Below are positions 44,779 to 54,752 of a stretch of DNA of 64,000 bases, one piece after another (position 1 is the first letter of the stretch; each line of letters begins with the position of its first letter). Both the position numbers and the translations under genes were made by a program. This stretch comes from Candidatus Parcubacteria bacterium (GTDB lineage Bacteria > Patescibacteriota > Patescibacteriia > UBA1558 > GWA2-36-10), in contig JABHSK010000007.1 in assembly GCA_018669975.1 (NCBI GenBank), positions 64,390 to 128,389 of the forward strand. The letters run 5' to 3'. The notes beneath the pieces are model-generated. The model saw only the letters and a program-made list of their open reading frames with translations. It had not been told where the DNA came from and did not search any database.

Positions 44779-46140
44779 ATGAGTTTTGAAAACACAGGAA
44801 AATCAAGCAAAAGGCAGGAGCCAAATACTTCAGCTGACAGTCCAGAAGCAGAACTTTCTGCAGAAACAGTAGAGGCTTTAATGGAGGCAGCTATTATTCA
44901 TGGTCAGAAGCATAATGAGGGTCAGAATGCTGTTATTTTTAGAGTACAGGTAAGCAAGTTGCCCGAAGAAGCTTTGCATCAAATTTTTACTGCCCAAGGT
45001 AAAGAGGTGCCAACTGGAAAGTTAGCTAGTAAAGTAATTAAGGTTTATGTTAGTGCGGCAGCATTAAACGAAGCCAATAATCATCAGGAGATATTTGACT
45101 TGGTGCAGGGACAAGATGATCAGGAGGGTATGGCTATAGTGCCAGAGCCACACGTCAATGCAGAACTAGCTATCAGGACAGATACCATGAAAGAAAGGTT
45201 GGTAGAAGCTGGCATTAGTGTCCAGCGCGATAAAGTTGGTGTGATGATGATGGATTTTGTTAAAGGAATTGATTTGATGACACATATTTACAGAGGGATT
45301 ATCAAGAATTTACCCGAAGAAGATTTTAAGATGATTTATCCGGATGCTAACATAATCAAGAAAGAGTTGGAGGAGAATCCAGACGCAGTAGATTTTGCTA
45401 GACTTGAAGAAGCTATTGTTTTTGCTTTAGCTATTCAGGGTTCTGATGCTGGTGAGAGTACAGAGGATAGGATTAGGCGTGACTTAGGAAATAGAAGTAG
45501 GGTATTTGATTCTTTCCAAAAGCTAGGTTTGACTATCAATCCAGAAATTTTAGCTAGAGTTAGAAAGACAGTGTCATTATTAAATAGTAATAATATATAT
45601 CATAATGATTTGCATGAACGAAACATTATGATAGAGACAGATGATGAGGGTGAATTAGTAGATGTATTTTTAATTGATTTTGACAAGGTCTCTGGCACCA
45701 AGGATGAATCTTGGGGTGGAGATATGGGTGTGGTGTCTGAATATGGTAAGTTAACAAAAACAAAGGAAGAGCTTGTACAAGAGAAAAAGGATAAAGAAAT
45801 ACAAGATGCAATTGATTTTGTTGAAAAGGTTAAGAAGCACAGGAAAAAAGAATGGGAGGAGTTTGAAGAAAGTATTAGGGATTTGATAGGTAAGAAATAT
45901 CCGAAGATATTAGAGTACTTAGATAAAGATATTCAACATTTTGCTAATACCCATGGTAATATTTCTCCAGAACAATTGGCAGCTGGTATTATTTTAGAGC
46001 TATCCAAAACAGAGCCAAAATTAGCTAGAGATTTTATTGAATATAAGCGTAGTAATCCAGGTGGAGGAGGAAGGCCGTTTATAAATTTATTAATTAAACT
46101 TTTGCCACATATCGAGGTTGAAGATGAGGCAGAAGAATAG
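44779..46140 (+). CDS. Protein kinase-like orphan protein
   Basis: EGQNAVIF, ASKVIK, MDFVKG, YHNDLHERNIM, LIDFD. Confidence 0.7.
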   Translation: MSFENTGKSSKRQEPNTSADSPEAELSAETVEALMEAAIIHGQKHNEGQNAVIFRVQVSKLPEEALHQIFTAQGKEVPTGKLASKVIKVYVSAAALNEANNHQEIFDLVQGQDDQEGMAIVPEPHVNAELAIRTDTMKERLVEAGISVQRDKVGVMMMDFVKGIDLMTHIYRGIIKNLPEEDFKMIYPDANIIKKELEENPDAVDFARLEEAIVFALAIQGSDAGESTEDRIRRDLGNRSRVFDSFQKLGLTINPEILARVRKTVSLLNSNNIYHNDLHERNIMIETDDEGELVDVFLIDFDKVSGTKDESWGGDMGVVSEYGKLTKTKEELVQEKKDKEIQDAIDFVEKVKKHRKKEWEEFEESIRDLIGKKYPKILEYLDKDIQHFANTHGNISPEQLAAGIILELSKTEPKLARDFIEYKRSNPGGGGRPFINLLIKLLPHIEVEDEAEE

Positions 46141-46144
46141 ACTA

Positions 46145-46173
46145 TTGACAAATCTAATATTTATGTGTATAAT
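46145..46173 (+). promoter_or_regulatory. Consensus sigma70 promoter
   Basis: TTGACA-17 bp-TATAAT. Confidence 0.8.
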
Positions 46174-46242
46174 AGCACATCCTAAAGTTATCAATTTTTT
46201 ATTAGTCCACCCAATAGCCATACAACAAAAGGAGAACCGTTT

Positions 46243-46416
46243 ATGATTGTATTGAGTGCTGACATAAAAAAATCATTCAGAGAGTCCTTCGAAGTAAGAG
46301 GGTACACAGTTGAATTCAAGGATGATCATGTCTTGGTGACTAAGGATGGTAAACCTGAAAAGATTACCAATAAAAAGGTGATGCAATACATCGAAGCCTT
46401 CAGTCCAGAGGATTGA
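46243..46416 (+). CDS. Small hypothetical protein (57 aa, not in the ORF track)
   Basis: Promoter, SD AAGGAG, MIVLSADIKKSFRESFEVRGYTVEFKDDHVLVTKDGK...SPED*. Confidence 0.7.
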   Translation: MIVLSADIKKSFRESFEVRGYTVEFKDDHVLVTKDGKPEKITNKKVMQYIEAFSPED

Positions 46417-46485
46417 GATACACACAATGTGATCAAAAAAACTTCGAATAGCACGCCGTTTCTGTCTCTTTTGAGTCAGATTTGC

Positions 46486-46513
46486 CTCGTTGGCTTGTCC
46501 AGCGGGGTTTTTT
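46486..46513 (+). terminator. Intrinsic terminator
   Basis: CCTCGTTGG-cttgt-CCAGCGGGG followed by T6. Confidence 0.7.
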
Positions 46514-46572
46514 CTTGTTTTTGGTAGCGATTTTTGGTATAATTTAAGCAAATTATTAAGGTAAAAACCATT

Positions 46573-48591
46573 GTGAAACGCAACAAAAAAATAGCCTTGT
46601 TGGGTGTATTTTTACTACTGTTTGCCAACAACACGCAGGCCTTTAGTCAGGATTACACACCACGTGATGCGCATTTGAAATATCAAAGTTATTTTAACTT
46701 GATAAACATTGAACCAAGTTGGTCCAATGATTTGGAGGTGAATAAAGAAGTGGTAGTGGCAGTTTTGGATTCCGGAGTCGATATAGATCATCCGGACCTA
46801 AGCGACAACATTTGGGTAAATAGTGGTGAAATACCAGATGATGGCATTGATAATGATGGTAATAGTTATATTGATGATGTGCATGGTTGGGATTTTGTAG
46901 AGAGTAATAATGATCCAAATCCAACATTGGGAGCAGATTATAATCCAGTGGCTATTAATCATGGTACAGTTGTAGCTGGTATTATTGCAGCTGTGGCTAA
47001 TCAGGAGGGTATTATTGGTATTGCTCCTAACGCTAAGATTATGCCGCTTAAGATATTAAATGAAAAAGGTTCAGGCAATACCATGCTTTTATCTCAGGCA
47101 ATTGATTATGCTGTAGAAAATGGAGCAGATATCATTAATCTTAGTTTAGTAGGTGATTTTTACGATGATTTTTTACAAGATTCTGTAGAGAATGCCTATA
47201 AGAGCGGGGTATTAGTAGTAGCTGCTTCGGGCAATGAAGATGATGAAGGTATTGATTTAGATATAGAGCCACATTATCCGGTTTGTGATATCGATGAGAT
47301 TGACAGGGTGGCTGGTGTAGCAGCTGTGTCTGCTAGCAGGAGACTCACTCCTTTTTCAAATTATGGTCAAGGATGTATTGATATTTCTGCGCCAGGAGTT
47401 CGTTTTTATACTACTACATATTTTAATGCTGATATTCCAGAGTTTGCCAAACTGTATAGCAATGGTTGGTCTGGTACTTCAGTCGCAGCGCCAGTTGTGG
47501 CTGCTACAGCTGCTTTGCTTAAAAGTCATTATGCAGATTTAAGGCCATATGACATTATGACTATTTTGAATGCCACTGCGCAGGATTTGGAAGAAGATAA
47601 TCCAGAACTTTATCGTGATATGGGTAGTGGTTTGATAGATGTAGGTGCAGCTATAAATTATGCTGAAGATTACTACAATCAATATGTAAAAATATTATTA
47701 GCACCAAAGGCTGGTCTGCCACCGGAGATTTTGATAATGGATAACGAGGGAGATTTAGAAAGCGTCTTTTTGGCTTACGGAGCCAAGTTTAAGGGTGGTG
47801 TTAATATAGCAGTTGGTGATGTTAACGATGACGGTGCTACTGAAATTATTACTGCACCGATGGCTGGTGGAGGACCACATATCCGCGTTTTTGATATGAG
47901 TGGAGGATTGGTTTCTGAATTTTTTGCCTATCAACATGATTTTTATGGCGGTGTTAATATAGCAGTTGGTGATGTTAATAAAGATGGTATTGATGAAATT
48001 ATTACTGCACCGATGGCTGGTGGAGGACCACACGTTAGAGTTTTTGATATGAGTGGCGCTTTAATTTCAGAATTTTTTCCTTATGAGCATGATTTCTACG
48101 GCGGTGTTAATATAGCAGTTGGTGATGTTAATAAAGATGGCGCTGATGAAATTATTACTGCACCGATGAGTAAACACGTGCCAGAGATTAAGGTTTACAC
48201 TTACAATAATAGAAGAAAGAGTAGTTTTTTTGCCTATGGTGTAGATATGACTAATGGTGTTAAAGTAACTGTGGCAGATGTTAATAATGATACTTGGCCA
48301 GAGATAGTAACTGTGCCCGCCAAAGGTAGGTCACCAGAGGTAAAGATGTTTAGTATTAGAGGTAGACTTAAAGGTCAATTTACAGCTTATAGCAAAAGCT
48401 TAACGTCCGGTATTAGTATTTTAGCTCGTGATATATCAGGAGATAAAATGCCGGAGATTTTAACTCTACCAAGTAAAGGTTCAGCAGCTTTATTGGAGTC
48501 CTACGATTCCAAGGGTTTAGAGAAAGATAGTTTTTATCTACGAGATCCAGAAGATAAAAATGGTTATAATTTTGAAATATTGTCCAAATAA
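46573..48591 (+). CDS. Secreted S8 (subtilisin-like) peptidase with C-terminal FG-GAP/VCBS-like repeats
   Basis: VAVLDSG, HGT, AASGN, GTS triad. Repeated GVNIAVGDVN.DG..EIITAP. Confidence 0.92.
   Translation: MKRNKKIALLGVFLLLFANNTQAFSQDYTPRDAHLKYQSYFNLINIEPSWSNDLEVNKEVVVAVLDSGVDIDHPDLSDNIWVNSGEIPDDGIDNDGNSYIDDVHGWDFVESNNDPNPTLGADYNPVAINHGTVVAGIIAAVANQEGIIGIAPNAKIMPLKILNEKGSGNTMLLSQAIDYAVENGADIINLSLVGDFYDDFLQDSVENAYKSGVLVVAASGNEDDEGIDLDIEPHYPVCDIDEIDRVAGVAAVSASRRLTPFSNYGQGCIDISAPGVRFYTTTYFNADIPEFAKLYSNGWSGTSVAAPVVAATAALLKSHYADLRPYDIMTILNATAQDLEEDNPELYRDMGSGLIDVGAAINYAEDYYNQYVKILLAPKAGLPPEILIMDNEGDLESVFLAYGAKFKGGVNIAVGDVNDDGATEIITAPMAGGGPHIRVFDMSGGLVSEFFAYQHDFYGGVNIAVGDVNKDGIDEIITAPMAGGGPHVRVFDMSGALISEFFPYEHDFYGGVNIAVGDVNKDGADEIITAPMSKHVPEIKVYTYNNRRKSSFFAYGVDMTNGVKVTVADVNNDTWPEIVTVPAKGRSPEVKMFSIRGRLKGQFTAYSKSLTSGISILARDISGDKMPEILTLPSKGSAALLESYDSKGLEKDSFYLRDPEDKNGYNFEILSK
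47797..48170 (+). repeat. About 2.5 near-identical 153-bp tandem coding repeats (FG-GAP units)
   Basis: GGTGTTAATATAGCAGTTGGTGATGTTAA at 47797, 47950 and 48103. Confidence 0.85.
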
Positions 48592-48600
48592 TTTACAGAC

Positions 48601-49299
48601 ATGCAAATTAGTGTAATTATTCCCGCTTACAATGAAGAAGGTGTTATAGCTGATACTATCAAGGAAATCAGAGGATTTTTGCAGGATAATTTTGAGAGTT
48701 TTGAAATTGTGGTAGTTGATGACAAATCGACTGATAGCACTTTAAATATAATCCAATCACTGGCAGATGTTAGAGCGGTAAAAAATATAAAAAATCATGG
48801 CAAAGGATATTCTGTAGCCAAGGGTGTTAAAGTAGCCAAGGGTGATCTAATTTTATTTATGGATGCTGATAATTCTACTCGGATAGTAGAACTGCAAAAG
48901 TTTTTACCACAAATAAAAGATTATCCAATTGTAATTGGCTCTAGGGGACTCAAAGACTCAGATGTGCAGATTAAGCAAAATTTTATCAAAGCTTTTTTGG
49001 GAAAAGCTGGTAATATGTTGATACGCATATTAGTGGCGCCTAGGATTAGTGATACACAGTGTGGATTTAAGTTGTTTACAAAGGAATCAAAATATTTGTT
49101 TGATAAGTTGACCATAGAGCGTTGGGGATTTGATTTTGAGTTGATTTTTTTGGCTAGAAAATATAGTTTAAAGATTAAAGAAGTGCCAGTAGTTTGGCGG
49201 AACAACTTTGATTCAAAGGTGACCTGGTTGGGTTATGTTTCAACTCTGTTGCAGGTATTCAAGGTTCGTTTGAATAATATTTTAGGAAAATATAATTAA
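48601..49299 (+). CDS. GT2, polyprenyl-phosphate glycosyltransferase (DPG synthase-like)
   Basis: VIIPAYNE, VDDKSTD, FMDAD, DTQCGFK, WGFDFE. Confidence 0.88.
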   Translation: MQISVIIPAYNEEGVIADTIKEIRGFLQDNFESFEIVVVDDKSTDSTLNIIQSLADVRAVKNIKNHGKGYSVAKGVKVAKGDLILFMDADNSTRIVELQKFLPQIKDYPIVIGSRGLKDSDVQIKQNFIKAFLGKAGNMLIRILVAPRISDTQCGFKLFTKESKYLFDKLTIERWGFDFELIFLARKYSLKIKEVPVVWRNNFDSKVTWLGYVSTLLQVFKVRLNNILGKYN

Positions 49300-49318
49300 A
49301 ATAAAATAATTTAAAAAT

Positions 49319-50353
49319 ATGGCAATAAAAGTTTACTTTGAAAAAAAGAATATATTGATATTAGGTGGAGCTGGATTTATTGGTTCACACTTGTGTGAAC
49401 ATTTAGTAAAGGCAGGGGGCAATGTCATTTGTGTAGATAATTTTGTTTCCAGTGATGTTGATAACATTCGAGCTTTATTAGAATATCCAAACTTTGAATT
49501 CGTGAAACATGATATCACTGAAGATATAGATTATGGCACTCTACCAGGATTGAAAAAGTTTGAAGTAGAGGTGCAAGGATTTCAAGAGATATATAACTTG
49601 GCTTGTCCGACTGCACCAAAAGATTATACTAAATTTCCGATTAAGACTGCTATAGCAAATTCGGTTGGTGTAGTTAAAAGTTTAGAGTTAGCGAAGCAAT
49701 ATAAATCTAGATATTTATTAGCTTCAACCTCAGCGGTTTATGGTAAACCACCAGAGAATGGAAAAGCGGTTAAAGAGGATTACTATGGTCTGTTAGATTT
49801 TCTTGGTCCTCGTGCTTGTTATAACGAAGGTAAACGTTTTGCGGAGACCTTGGTGATGACTTATAGGGATACTTATCAACTTAATACTAGTATAGCTAGA
49901 ATCTTTAGTACTTATGGTCCGAGGATGTTACAACAGAGCGGACGACAGGTGCCAGATTTCATTAGGTCTGCTGTAAAGAACGAGAATGTGATGGTTGCTG
50001 GCGATGAAAAATCACTTTTAAGTTTTTGTTATGTTAAGGATGTGGTTGAGGGTATGATATCTTTGATGGCTTCTGAGATTAGCGAGCCAATTAATTTTGG
50101 CAGTGGTAGTCCGCAAACTTTATCTGAGGTTGCTAAAAAAGTAATTGAAATTATTAATTCAAGTTCAGAGGTGAAGTATACCCAGAAGTATGCCTATACA
50201 ATGCAACCTGCTATTCCTGATATTAATAAAGCTAAAAATGAATTGAATTGGTTTCCATTGGTTTCCATTGATGAAGGTCTTAAGTTGGCAGTCGATTATT
50301 TTAAGGGTACAGCTTTTTTACACAGACCAACAATACAATCACAAGAAGAATAA
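49319..50353 (+). CDS. UDP-glucuronate decarboxylase-like SDR
   Basis: GGAGFIGSH, IYNLACP, STSAVYG, RACYNEGKR, ARIF.TYGPRM. Confidence 0.85.
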   Translation: MAIKVYFEKKNILILGGAGFIGSHLCEHLVKAGGNVICVDNFVSSDVDNIRALLEYPNFEFVKHDITEDIDYGTLPGLKKFEVEVQGFQEIYNLACPTAPKDYTKFPIKTAIANSVGVVKSLELAKQYKSRYLLASTSAVYGKPPENGKAVKEDYYGLLDFLGPRACYNEGKRFAETLVMTYRDTYQLNTSIARIFSTYGPRMLQQSGRQVPDFIRSAVKNENVMVAGDEKSLLSFCYVKDVVEGMISLMASEISEPINFGSGSPQTLSEVAKKVIEIINSSSEVKYTQKYAYTMQPAIPDINKAKNELNWFPLVSIDEGLKLAVDYFKGTAFLHRPTIQSQEE

Positions 50354-50359
50354 TTTTTT

Positions 50360-51022
50360 ATGAAAATTTTTGTTGTTATACCAGCCTGGAATGAAGCCAA
50401 AAGAATCAGACAAGTTTTACAAAGTCTGATTTCTTTGCCTTATGAGGTGGTAGTAGTTGATGATGCGTCTACCGATGAGACAGCAGAAATAGTTAGGGAG
50501 TTTCCAGTTTATTTATTGAGACACAGACTCAATCGTGATCAGGGAGCAGCCTTACAAACAGGTAATGATTTTGCATTAAGCCATGGGGCTGATGTGATAG
50601 TGCATTTTGATGCCGACGGGCAATTTTTAGTAGAAGAGATAAAAGATTTAGCACAGCCAGTCATTGACGGAGTTTGTGATGTAGTATTTGGCTCTAGATT
50701 TTTGGAAAAGAAGTCAAAGATGCCTTGGTTCAAAAAGAATATTATGTTTCCCATAGCCAGGTTAGTTAATCGAATTCTCCTGGGTATCAAATTGACTGAT
50801 CCACAAAGTGGTTTTAGAGTGTTGTCTAGACAGGTAGCCGAGGCTATTATCATCGAGCAAGATGGTAAAGCACATTGTAGTGAAATTGCTGCTAAAGTTT
50901 TTGAACATAAGTTTAAAGTCAAGGAAGTACCAATGACAGTTATTTACCATGAGTTTGGTCAAGGTTTAAGCGGTGGTATTAAAATAGTGAAGGATTTAAT
51001 ATTTAGTAAGTTATTAAAATGA
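50360..51022 (+). CDS. GT2, DPM1-like glycosyltransferase
   Basis: VIPAWNE, VDDASTD, FDADGQ, TDPQSGFR. Confidence 0.88.
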   Translation: MKIFVVIPAWNEAKRIRQVLQSLISLPYEVVVVDDASTDETAEIVREFPVYLLRHRLNRDQGAALQTGNDFALSHGADVIVHFDADGQFLVEEIKDLAQPVIDGVCDVVFGSRFLEKKSKMPWFKKNIMFPIARLVNRILLGIKLTDPQSGFRVLSRQVAEAIIIEQDGKAHCSEIAAKVFEHKFKVKEVPMTVIYHEFGQGLSGGIKIVKDLIFSKLLK

Positions 51023-51351
51023 TTTTTTTACAAAGTGTAGTCACCTTATTTATTATTGTAATTCTGTTCAAATTATTTAGACAGCGACAGAGTGGAAAAT
51101 TATCCCTGGGAGCGTTTATTTTTTGGTTTATATTATGGTTATTGGTAGCGGTTGTTTTTTGGCAACCAGAGACAACCTCTTACATGGCAAATCGTTTAGG
51201 GATAGGCCGAGGAGCTGACTTAGCTGTTTATTTGTCTATATTGGCAATATTTTACCTGTTGTTTAGAATTTTTGTCCGTCTCAACAAGATTGATGCGGAA
51301 ATTACTAAAGTAGTCAGAAAGGACGCCATTAAAAATGTTGAAAAAAAATAA
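51019..51351 (+). CDS. DUF2304 family membrane protein
   Basis: LGIGRGADL..Y...ITK.VR. Typical GT2 partner. Confidence 0.8.
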   Translation: MIFLQSVVTLFIIVILFKLFRQRQSGKLSLGAFIFWFILWLLVAVVFWQPETTSYMANRLGIGRGADLAVYLSILAIFYLLFRIFVRLNKIDAEITKVVRKDAIKNVEKK

Positions 51352-52387
51352 AGTCATAATTATTATAGCTAGTTATAACGGTCAAAATTATTGGCCTGGA
51401 TTGATGCCTTTGCTGAGTCAGGAAAAGTATCATGATTTTGATTTAGAAATATTAGTAGTAGATAATAATTCTAGTGATCAATCGGTAGCTTATTTGAGGG
51501 AAAATTATCCAGAAGTTAAGTTAATCGTTAATAAGGAAAATACTGGCTTCGTCGGTGCTAATAATATCGGCTATCAATATGCTGTTCAGCAGAAGGCCGA
51601 TTTTATTTATTTATTAAATCAAGATACCGTGATAGAGTCCGGGTTTTTACAACCTCTTTATGATTTTGCTAAGCAAAATAAGTTTGGTTCCTTGCAATCA
51701 AAACTTAGACTGTGGGATAAGCAGGATAGGATTAATACTATTGGTAACGCTATCCATTTTTTAGGTTTTGGCTTTAGTAAGAAATCAGGGCAGGTAGATG
51801 ATAATAAACAAAAAATAAGTCAGATAAACTATGCTTCTGGTGCAGGTGTATTCATTTCCATGGCAGCTCTGCGAGATTTGGGAGGGTTATTTGATGAAAC
51901 CATGTTCATGTATTTAGAGGACCTTGATTTGGGTTGGTCTTTGCAACTATTGGGTTATGATAATTATTTGATACCAGAGAGTATCATTTATCATAAGTAT
52001 GAATTTAGTCGTGGCATGAAGCATTTACACTGGTTTGAGAGAAATAGAATATGGACCATGTTAAAAAATTATAAGTTGCCCACCTTGATTATGATATTAC
52101 CGGCTTGTTTAATTATGGAAATTGGTCAATTATTTTTTGCTTTAATGAATAAAAGGTTTTGGCAAAAAATTCGTGCGTATTCTTTTTTATTATCACCACG
52201 GCAATTGCGTGTTTTATTAAAGAAAAGAAAATATATTCAAGCTAAACGTAAACGTAGTGATAGACAGGTCGTTTATAAATTTTCTGGTAGGATATTATTT
52301 CAACCACTTGATTCAGTTTTATTAAAGATATCAAATTTTGTTTTTGGTTTTTATTGGCTCCTAATTAAGAATTTTATTTTTTGGTAA
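51335..52387 (+). CDS. GT2 glycosyltransferase (rhamnosyltransferase-like)
   Basis: VVDNNSSD, NTGF..ANN, LLNQD, FMYLEDLD. Confidence 0.85.
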   Translation: MLKKNKVIIIIASYNGQNYWPGLMPLLSQEKYHDFDLEILVVDNNSSDQSVAYLRENYPEVKLIVNKENTGFVGANNIGYQYAVQQKADFIYLLNQDTVIESGFLQPLYDFAKQNKFGSLQSKLRLWDKQDRINTIGNAIHFLGFGFSKKSGQVDDNKQKISQINYASGAGVFISMAALRDLGGLFDETMFMYLEDLDLGWSLQLLGYDNYLIPESIIYHKYEFSRGMKHLHWFERNRIWTMLKNYKLPTLIMILPACLIMEIGQLFFALMNKRFWQKIRAYSFLLSPRQLRVLLKKRKYIQAKRKRSDRQVVYKFSGRILFQPLDSVLLKISNFVFGFYWLLIKNFIFW

Positions 52388-53535
52388 TGAAAATAGCAGA
52401 AGTCTGTTCAACTTTTCCACCCTACAAAGGAGGCATGGGTAATGTGGCATATTACAATGCCTGGTCTTTGTCTACCCTTGGTCATGAGGTGACAGTTTTT
52501 ACACCTCGCTACAAAGAGGACAAACAGCACGCTGATGAATATCCCTTTAAGGTGCAACGTCTTCGTCCTTGGTTTAAATATGGTAATGCAGGCATCTTGC
52601 CACAATTAATGTGGAAATTATTGAAATTTGATGTTATTCATCTCCATTATCCATTTTTTGGTGGTTCAGAAATTATTTATTTTTTAGATAAATTTAAAGA
52701 TTTAAAATTAGTGGTTACCTATCATATGGATGTGGTAGGTAAGGGTAAGTTGTTGTCAAAGTTTTTTAACTGGCATAGTAATCATGTTTTGCCACGTATA
52801 TTAGATTGTGCTGATAAAGTAATAGTAACATCTTGGGATTATGCAGAATCTTCAAGTCTTAAGGATAGATTGAAAACAGAGCCTGAAAAATTTACTGCAA
52901 TTCCTTGTGGGGTTAATCATTTACTTTTTAAACCTAGATTTAGAGATAAGAATATTTTGAATAAGTACGGCCTAGGTGATAAAAAGGTAATTTTGTTTGT
53001 TGGCGCTTTAGATAAGGCACATTATTTTAAGGGTGTTAATATTTTATTGCAGGCCGTTAATAAGCTAGCTGATAGTGATGATTTTAGATTGGTAATTGTT
53101 GGTGATGGTGATTTACGAGGTAGTTATGAAAGCTTGGTAGATAGTTTAGGTTTGAACAATAAAGTTATTTTTGCTGGTTTTATACCAGATAATCTCTTGC
53201 CAAAATATTATAGTGTGGCTGATATATTTGTTTTGCCATCTATAGATAAATCAGAAGCCTTTGGTATTGTTTCTTTGGAGGCTATGTCTTCTGGTGTGCC
53301 AGTAATTGCAGCTGACTTGCCAGGAGTTCGTTCAGTGGTAGATAAGAAAGAGACTGGCCTATTGGTAAAACCGGGCAGTGTAGATAACCTAGCAGATATG
53401 ATAAAGTATTTACTTAAGAATCCAAAGATCGCTAAGAGCTTAGGTAAAGCTGGTCGAGCTAAAGTTTTGGAGCTATATACCTGGGAAAAAATAGGGTATA
53501 AATTAGATAATATATTTAGGAGTATTGAAAAATGA
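52387..53535 (+). CDS. GT4 glycosyltransferase
   Basis: FPPYKGG, EAFGIVSLEAM. Start ATG 52387. Confidence 0.9.
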   Translation: MKIAEVCSTFPPYKGGMGNVAYYNAWSLSTLGHEVTVFTPRYKEDKQHADEYPFKVQRLRPWFKYGNAGILPQLMWKLLKFDVIHLHYPFFGGSEIIYFLDKFKDLKLVVTYHMDVVGKGKLLSKFFNWHSNHVLPRILDCADKVIVTSWDYAESSSLKDRLKTEPEKFTAIPCGVNHLLFKPRFRDKNILNKYGLGDKKVILFVGALDKAHYFKGVNILLQAVNKLADSDDFRLVIVGDGDLRGSYESLVDSLGLNNKVIFAGFIPDNLLPKYYSVADIFVLPSIDKSEAFGIVSLEAMSSGVPVIAADLPGVRSVVDKKETGLLVKPGSVDNLADMIKYLLKNPKIAKSLGKAGRAKVLELYTWEKIGYKLDNIFRSIEK

Positions 53536-54752
53536 AGATAGGTATTATTTCCAATTTATATCCACCGTTTATTAGGGGTGGTGCAGAAGTTATTGCTGCA
53601 GCTGAGGCTGAAGGTTTAAAAAAAGCCTGGCAGCATGTTTTTGTAATTTCTAGTCGACCCAAGAACATTAGAGTACGTGGTGGTCGATTAATGGGATCCA
53701 AATCTATAACTCAAGACGAAATTAATGAGGTGTCTGTTTTTCGTTTTAATCCTATTAATATTTATTATTACCTAAACGATTTTAAATATCCTGGTTTTGT
53801 GCGTCTACTATGGCACTTGTTTGATATGTTTAATATTTTTTCTTATTTTAGTGTTAAAAAAATATTGAAGGAAGAAAAACCAGATTTAGTAATCACGCAT
53901 AATTTGATGGGTTTGGGTTTTTTAATACCTAGATTACTGCGTCAATTAAAAATCAAACATATACACACTATTCATGATGTGCAATTGGTGACGCCGTCCG
54001 GTTTGATTATTAAAGATAAGGAGCAAGCCTGGCAGCATAAGCTTTTTACTTTTATAGGTTACGTTAAGGTAATGCGTTGGTTAATGGGTTCGCCAGAAAT
54101 TATTATTTCGCCATCTAAGTTTTTATTAAACTATTATAAACAGAGTAATTTTTTTGCTAAGTCAAAAAAAGTTTATTTACCCAATCCGGTTAAAGGAGCG
54201 ATTGATATAAAAAAAGAAAGTAGTCAAAATTTAGAGTTATTGTATTTAGGGCAGGTGCATAAAGCTAAAGGGGTTTTAGATTTAGTTAAGCATTTTGAAA
54301 AAATAAAATTGCCACATATTCGATTGCATGTAGTTGGTGTAGGGCAAGATATGTCCAAGGCTAAAAAATTGGCCAAAGACGATAAAAGGATTCATTTTCA
54401 TGGTTGGATGCAACACAGCTCTTTGATGCCGCTATTGTCCAAGATGGACACCTTAATTGTACCATCTATGTGTTATGAAAATTCGCCAGCTGTGATTTAC
54501 GAAGCACTGAGTATGGGATTGCCAGTTATGGCAGCTGATATAGGTGGTGTGCCAGAGTTAATAATTGAGGGAAAAAATGGCTGGATATTTACTGCTGGAA
54601 ATTTTGATGAATTAAATAAAAAAATAATTAGTTTATACAAGCAACGTGATAAGATAAAACTGATGTCTGAAAATTGTCGGCGTAGTGTTGCTAAATATAA
54701 TATAGATAATTATACAGAGAAAATTTTAGAGTTAGCCAATGAAACTAAGTAA
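53532..54752 (+). CDS. GT4 glycosyltransferase
   Basis: YPP..RGGAE, ENSPAVIYEA, GGVPEL. Confidence 0.88.
   Translation: MKIGIISNLYPPFIRGGAEVIAAAEAEGLKKAWQHVFVISSRPKNIRVRGGRLMGSKSITQDEINEVSVFRFNPINIYYYLNDFKYPGFVRLLWHLFDMFNIFSYFSVKKILKEEKPDLVITHNLMGLGFLIPRLLRQLKIKHIHTIHDVQLVTPSGLIIKDKEQAWQHKLFTFIGYVKVMRWLMGSPEIIISPSKFLLNYYKQSNFFAKSKKVYLPNPVKGAIDIKKESSQNLELLYLGQVHKAKGVLDLVKHFEKIKLPHIRLHVVGVGQDMSKAKKLAKDDKRIHFHGWMQHSSLMPLLSKMDTLIVPSMCYENSPAVIYEALSMGLPVMAADIGGVPELIIEGKNGWIFTAGNFDELNKKIISLYKQRDKIKLMSENCRRSVAKYNIDNYTEKILELANETK

Noticed and set aside
46273-46551. 92-aa minus-strand ORF
   Set aside because: It overlaps the better-supported plus-strand 57-aa gene and its terminator.
47797-48170. Possible CRISPR array
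   Set aside because: The repeats are in-frame 153-bp coding units with similar intervening sequence, not unique spacers. No cas genes.
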